A stretch of DNA of 64,000 nucleotides. It comes from Macrostomum lignano (lineage: Eukaryota). Location: the NCBI GenBank assembly GCA_002269645.1, contig NIVC01001504.1, positions 212,583 through 276,582 of the forward strand. The letters run 5' to 3'. Of the stretch, positions 57,621 through 64,000 are shown piece by piece (position 1 is the first letter of the stretch; each line of letters starts with the position of its first letter). The position numbers were made by a program, and so were the translations under genes. The notes under the pieces were generated by a model. The model saw only the letters and a program-made list of their open reading frames with translations. It was not told the origin of the DNA and did no database searches.

Positions 57621-58315
57621 TTGACTTTCGCAGCTCCCGCCTCTGCCAGAGCAGGCCACGGTGACCAATTCAGATGGAAGCAGCAGAATTTCAATGGGGC
57701 CAATTAATAAAAGTCAACCAGCAGGCTTTGAGTTAGTTTAGAATGAGCAGGCGCAATACTGACAGTTATTAATCGGCTGCTGAGCTGATGGAGGCGGGAG
57801 AACAGGTGAGAACAGGACTGCAGCAATTTTAGCACCGCAAAATAGACGAGAACTTGACTGGCTTTTCATTAATAACAATTTTCAAATTGACCAGATTAAT
57901 CTAGTGGAGACGCAGTAAAAACGCAACCATGAAATCAAAACAAATGAAATCTATTGTTCGGCATGGATGTTAAATAATAAAACTTTATTGCTCTGACAAA
58001 TACTGAGGCATATTGCACTGCATCACCTCTATTAATATTGCAGGCACAGAGCAGAGCTACTCAAGCACCATAGCAGGGTGAATTGCAACTCTGATTTATT
58101 TGACACAATTGAGAAACATCCACTAGGATGCTCATTTAAACAAGTGCTCAAAATCCTTAATCATTCATCATCAAAAATACTGCTTTTTGTGATTAAGAAA
58201 ATCAAAAACGTTAAAAAAAAGAGTAAAACAAAGGAAACTAGAAATAAACATATGACGAGGCGATCCGCCAGCTAGAGGGGGGGGACAGTAGCAGTTTGGG
58301 GACTGGCTGAGCCGC

Positions 58316-58492
58316 TCACTGAGAGTGCACCACTCTCTGCAGGAGGCCCAGCGGGCTGAGCACGGGCTCCCGCTTCCGCCTGATCAGGTACAGCGGAGTG
58401 AAGCCGGTGGCCAGCAGCAGCAGGCACAGCCCGATGAACACCAGCGCCAGGGCAGTCAGCACCTGCCAGCGCTCCCGGAGCCGGACCTTCAT
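58316..58492 (-). CDS. Small single-TM ORF, 58 aa (MKVRLRERWQVLTALALVFIGLCLLLLATGFTPLYLIRRKREPVLSPLGLLQRVVHSQ); not in the supplied track
   Basis: GC3-rich codons as in bona fide exons here; preceded by pyrimidine-AG acceptors. A GTGAGC donor overlaps the stop, so it may continue by splicing. Confidence 0.6.
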   Translation of the reverse strand: MKVRLRERWQVLTALALVFIGLCLLLLATGFTPLYLIRRKREPVLSPLGLLQRVVHSQ

Positions 58493-58597
58493 CACTGATT
58501 AGGCGGCCGCTAAGGCTGGGGGCTGAAAGACGAGGCTGCGATTGAAGCACTTGTAAGATACTAGCTGAGCCCCTTGCTGGAATAATTGGGACTGTGG

Positions 58598-58955
58598 GAG
58601 CTGGCTGCTCAGCCTGAGGAGCTGGGAGGGTGGCTGCTCAGTCTGAGGATCTGGGAGGCTGGCTGCTCAGTCTGAGGATCTGGGAGGGTGGCTGCTCAGT
58701 CTGAGGATCTGGGAGGCTGGCTGCTCAGCCTGAGGATCTGGGAGGCTGGCTGCTCAGTCTAAGGATCTGGGAGGGTGGCTGCTCAGCCTGAGGATCTGGG
58801 ATGCTGGCTGCTCAGCCTGAGGATCTGGGAGGCTGGCTGCTCAGCCTGTGGATCTGGGAGGCTGGCTGCTCAGCCAGAGGATCTGGGAGGCTGGCTGCTC
58901 AGTCTGAGGATCTGGGAGGCTGGCTGCTCAGCCAGAGGATCTGGGAGGCTGGCAG
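58598..58955. repeat. 29-bp minisatellite (GGCTGGCTGCTCAGCCTGAGGATCTGGGA)
   Basis: About 12 copies. Confidence 0.94.
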
Positions 58956-59489
58956 CTGCACCAAGTTCTATCTCTAGGCAGAAAGTAAAAGCCTAGTAAA
59001 AAATAAAAAGGCAAGACACAAGGGTGTTTACAAAGGCCATACGAGACATGCGGTGCCAAAGAGCCGCAAATCCTCGCGCTCCGCATCTCGCCAATAAAAT
59101 AATTATTGAATATAATTATTGTAAACTGCAAAAGCAAAAACAGAAACAAATCATGATTTTTTCTCCTGCTTTTAATATACTGCTTTGCGCAAATAAAACA
59201 TTGAAAACGGCTGTCTTAAAAAGCACAGATAGCATTGGATCTTGCAGAGAGGAGAGAAACATTAGTGTTTGTGGCCTGTGTGCACAGTCAAGGATTACAG
59301 AGCAGGGTTGGGTTGGCCGAGCAGGGGGAAAAACAGGCCTAATCTAAGTGGAATGCGGAGCTCCCAGCCAAGTGAGAGTAACTGACAAAAAGGATCAGAA
59401 GAGAGGAGAAATGGGATCTTCTCGAGATCAGAGAGGTTAGAGATAGGACCAGATGGAGTTCGAATCAGAGAAAAGATGGAATTTGAAGA

Positions 59490-59705
59490 GGTAGAGATGG
59501 AGTCAGAGATGGTAGAGATAGGGTTAGAGAAGATAGAGATGGGGTCAGAGAAGATAGAGATGGGGTCAGAGAAGGTAGAGATGGGATCAGAGAAGATAGA
59601 GATGGGGTCAGAGAAGGTAGAGATGCGATCAGAGAAGGTAGAGATGGGATCAGAGAAGGTAGAGATGGGATCAGAGAAGGTAGAGATGGGGTCAGAGAAG
59701 GCAGG
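59490..59705. repeat. 21-bp minisatellite (GTCAGAGAAGGTAGAGATGGG)
   Basis: About 10 copies. Confidence 0.92.
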
Positions 59706-60408
59706 ATAGAGAATAGACATGCAAGCAGAAAGTGCAGGCAGTGGGGAAAGAAGCGCAGGCTTGGTCCATGGCAGTGATGGAGGGCGCGGGGTGAGCAAAG
59801 CCGGTACAGAGCCGCAGGAATGAAGCGGGCCCACGCAGAAGCGGATGCGGAGTGTCAGAGCAGTATATACGAGCTACGTGTGTAACATTAGTGGCACAAA
59901 AAGACAAGCAGCATAGCAACGCAAAAATGAGAATTTTTCGGTCCAGCGGCGCTGCGAGAAGCACCGCCTGCCGCTTGTTAAAAATAGTAGTCACGCAAGA
60001 TGATAAATTGTTAACCTTTCGCAACTCCGATCGCAGTCGAATATTAAATTCTGTGTTCAGCAAGCGAATAAACATACTAGACTACTCACTAGTAGTTCAA
60101 CTGTACTATTGTATATTGTTAAAATTGATTTTTTTACCCAGAAATACATCGAAAATCAGTGAGAAAACCCCGAAAGGTCAGTTATCACATTTTTGGTACA
60201 ACAATATTAGGGCGGGACAATACGAAAGTTCATAGTGCGTCACAACAAACAAAAACCACCCTGCCGTCTCCGTTTCATTCATTATCACCATGGCCAAGTG
60301 TTAAGTACAGACAAGGGCGCACTAACTAATGATCCACTCAAGCAGGGGAAGCGCGCAGCCGGCGCACACACTGAGAGTTGGAGCCGGGAATCGCCGTCAA
60401 TTCGGGGG

Positions 60409-60666
60409 TCATCTGTTCGACACGACGCCGTTTTTCAACGACGCCATCTTTTTGGCGTGCATCTCGGAGGCGGCCGGCGGGATGGCGCCACCGCCGCCGC
60501 TGCCGCCAGCTTGGCCGGACGAGCCGGGCAGGGCAGACAGGTACTGCTTGTTGCGGTGGTAATTCAGCACGGATACTGGCGTCTTTCCAGCCATGATGAG
60601 AACCACGAATACAAAAAGGATGGAAGCGACTAGGATAGCGGCTAGCTTGGCGTTGCTGGCGTGCAT
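60409..60666 (-). CDS. Small single-TM ORF, 85 aa (MHASNAKLAAILVASILFVFVVLIMAGKTP...)
   Basis: GC-rich coding-like island, hydrophobic N-terminal helix, Gly/Ser linker, upstream TTTTACAAAG|CAG acceptor. Confidence 0.6.
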   Translation of the reverse strand: MHASNAKLAAILVASILFVFVVLIMAGKTPVSVLNYHRNKQYLSALPGSSGQAGGSGGGGAIPPAASEMHAKKMASLKNGVVSNR

Positions 60667-62504
60667 TCCGGCTGGGCGGCTGAGGGAGGGCCGGCGCTGC
60701 TTTGTAAAATATTGGCTTATGGAGTACTGGAGCTGTCTGCCTTTCTGTGTCTGTCAAGCTGTCTGCCTGTCTGTGTCTGTCCATCTGTCTGTCTTTTGAC
60801 TAAATCAAATCATAGATAGGCACCCTAGGAATGGTCACCTAACATGTTGTTTGCTATGTAGAGCATCAGAAAGACTGGCTTAGAGATTCACCTCAGTTTT
60901 TTTTATTTCATTCATTTCTCAATTTACCTCCACTCAACTATCTTAAAATGGCATTTTTATTGTTTTAAGTTATCCAAAAGATTGAAAACTTTTGGTATAT
61001 TGCTTATTTGCTACCATTTGATTCATAAACACAATATTTATTTTTTACTTTGTCCCCAGTGTCATTGTGTTATTGATACATTTATGTATATTGGTGTTGA
61101 AACTCTATTCTCATTTGCTATTGTCAAAATGTTCCCATTGTCATTTTCTAATGCTTACTTTGGTTTCTATGTGTTGTTTGTATCAGTGAAACATTTTAAG
61201 GGGGATGTTGCAACATTCTGTTTTAAAATATTTGTCCTTCTTTCTATGTGCACATTGTTAGCACTCTTCTTACTATCAATTATTAATTGGTTAGCATCCC
61301 CACCCTGTCAGCCATCCTTAGGCTTTTGCATATTGAACCCCATTTGATTTTTCTATCTATTCTTTTTTATCTTATCTACTCTAGCCACTTCAGAAAAAAA
61401 TATATGCTGCATAAAGGGTTGGCTTTCAAGCCTGGTCCTTTCCTTTTCTACTCTAATTATCTTCAAATCAAGCTGCAAATTGTTGAATAGTGTTATTTTT
61501 TCTATAATCTAATATACTAAAATAATAAACTAAACAATAAAATAGACAGCCATAACCTATCACAATATAACCATGCATCAAGAAAAAGACTAAAAGACTA
61601 TAATACCTAGGTTTATTGGCATATGTAGTAAAATCAATTATACATATACAAATGTGATAAATTTTTCTTTAGCAAAAACTTGCAATTGAATCACTGATTA
61701 GCAAGAGTTCATAAAGATAACCAATACCTAATCCATTGCAACTATGGCATATAGTGCACTTGGACTGTTTTTTATAGCTGGGGCATATGCCACTTGATAT
61801 ATTCTAGGGTCTATAGTCCTCTAATATCAAAGGTTTATTGAAACTTAATGAACTGAAACATTTATAAAAAGATATCTAAAATGTCTACCATATATTAAAA
61901 ACTTAATGTTGGATTGGCTTAATTGTTTTTTTTTCTTGACTTTAAAAATATTAATTCAAAAAATGCTACAAAACTCCTTGGCCATAGTTAGGATTCAAAC
62001 AGGGGATTATAATGTGAGCATCCTATGTACATCCTATGCTTGTAAATTGCTGTTGTTTGTTACTAATTATTATTTGATATTTTGTTTCATTTTTTTGACA
62101 CTTTTTCTCAAAGTACACAAATTTAATTTAGATTAATTATTATTTATTAGAATTATAAGAGGTCAAAAAAAGCTAGATGCAACTCTAAAAACAAGTTTGG
62201 TAACCCCTTTTATAATCATTTTATGTACTTACATTTCATAGGCTAGTGCTGAACTCCCAAAAATGGTCATGCAACTTAGGTTTATTTTTTGTATATAGAG
62301 TGTGCGTTGCATCCTAAATTTAAAAATCACACACTGAAATTAAAAAGTGGGGTATAGTTTAGGTGTGGTCTCATAACCTTTTTTTCATTGAGTCTTATTT
62401 GCACTGCTGTAAAATAAGAAAAAAGAGAAATTGCAATTGAGCCTTAAAATTGCACTATGAAAGTGAGCATAAGATGCAATTTTGCATTATGTCTCTGGCA
62501 AAAA

Positions 62505-62567
62505 AAAACCCTGCATGCAACCCAATTGGGGGTTGCATCCCATAGGTTGAGAACCACTGATCTAAAG
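62505..62567 (-). mobile_element. hAT/Charlie-like transposon terminus remnant
   Basis: GGTTGAGAACCACTG (62545-62559; reverse complement CAGTGGTTCTCAACC) followed by ATCTAAAG, fitting the NTCTARAN target preference. Subterminal hairpin ATGCAACCC/GGGTTGCAT. No clear partner end. Confidence 0.5.
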
Positions 62568-64000
62568 GGTGTCCTGACAGTGCTAAGAATGAGGTCTTTT
62601 TTCTGATCAATACAAGGTTAAAACCCCCCTGGTTTTAGCTAGGTTTGAGATAGAGGGAGAGTTCAAATGAAGAATGATTTGACTCCCATCTAGCAAGCTA
62701 TAGCGCTGCAATTGAAAACAATGAGGAATTGACTTTTATTGCTTTAGGCTCTATGCACAAGTTTTTTAATAATAATTATATTAGTCTATAAATAATGTAT
62801 GCATATGGCTATATGTATATTATTACATTTAAAATCTCCTTACAATCTAGCCAATAACTTTAGTTTTGTATCCCTGCAGCCTTAGCTTTCTCACTAGTCT
62901 GCATGCTTAAAAGATAAATAAATCACAGCAAGACAAAATAGGTGTTGATTTTCACCTGACAAATAGCTCAATCAGCTATAGGTAGTACTATTTGAGAATA
63001 AATGATTGAGTTTTTCCAAACTGAGATTAAGATACCAATGGTCAATCCTCAAATTTTTGAATACCAGATAATTGTGATCCTAGGATTTAGGCCTAATCAA
63101 AATCTTGGATTTAGAATCCTAGGATTTGAGCCCAATTTTAGGATTTTGGGATCCTAGGGTCCCAGGTTGCATTCCCTACTTGTAAGTCCCTAATATAAGC
63201 AATGTATAGGCTTAGCCTTAAATATAGTCATATTCTTGAAATTACAAATTAGCAACTTGGCATTTTTTAAATTAATTTTTTAAAATCAAGTTGGCTAGGC
63301 CAATGGATTTTGAGTTGCTAATTTAAATAATTTTAATTCAACTAGGCTCTAATTGATCTAAACATAGAAAAAATGGATTTATACCTATGATAGTACTATT
63401 AGATACTAAGGCCATGGCCCATGGAAGGAGACTAGGCCTAGTAGAATTAACTTAGTAACTATAAAACCTTATTGGGCTTTGGATTCTAGCATACATATAA
63501 CAATATTTCATACAACTCATTTTTATTAACTAGTTAGTAGGCTCTACTGTATAGGCAGAGGCTTGTTACTAGTTTACTTTTTAAGAAGCATTCTATTTAG
63601 CTATACACCCTCATCATTATGATTATGCATAAGCAAACCAAAAGCAGAGGATATTTTTTATTCTAAGAAAATGTAAATAAATAAGGGTTACTGACCAAAT
63701 CTCATCTAATTCAGGGTTTATTCAGGTGTTAATTTAGGAGGGCTTGTTTGCACGTTCGTTGATTTTTTTCACTCTTTGTGACTTTATAATGTTCGTTTCC
63801 GCCATGTAATATTAATTTTCAAACAGTTTTTTTAATATTTAAATTACTTTTGATTTTTTAAATTAAACCAAAAAATAAACACTTTATAACAAGTACGAAG
63901 TGTTGAAATGCTTTTTACGTCGCTTTCTACAGATTCTGGTGCTTGATTTCAAATTTAAATTATTTTTAACTGTCGATGAGAGTGTAAATGTCCCTATGAA

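Overview
Eukaryotic (metazoan) gene-dense DNA with GC3-rich exons and introns filled by minisatellites; about 40% of the window is tandem arrays by my tally. This style most resembles the flatworm Macrostomum (inference only). I assembled spliced models by hand from splice signals and frame continuity. On + strand: a 5'-partial receptor tyrosine phosphatase (Ig/FN3/TM/2xPTP, PTP99A/R5-like, 16 exons here) and a calcyphosin-like EF-hand gene with duplicated last exons. On - strand, nine consecutive genes/ORFs: two small single-TM ORFs, UBE2N, DNAJC19, a shortened plakin, a single-domain FAIM-like gene, a CYP2-clan P450, an orphan Cys-rich secreted protein and VGAT/SLC32A1. Main signals: (1) arrays seeded on exon/intron boundaries, including a VGAT intron that looks built from amplified exon sequence; (2) one 37-bp satellite family in four introns of four genes; (3) a Penelope-type minimal hammerhead motif at the apex of a ~50-bp hairpin; (4) a 3-kb block with only 2 CpGs containing CpG-decayed hAT-like ends; (5) a candidate stop codon formed by splicing one duplicated exon to the next. 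Most long ORFs in the supplied track are repeat artefacts. No CRISPR, rRNA or tRNA seen.
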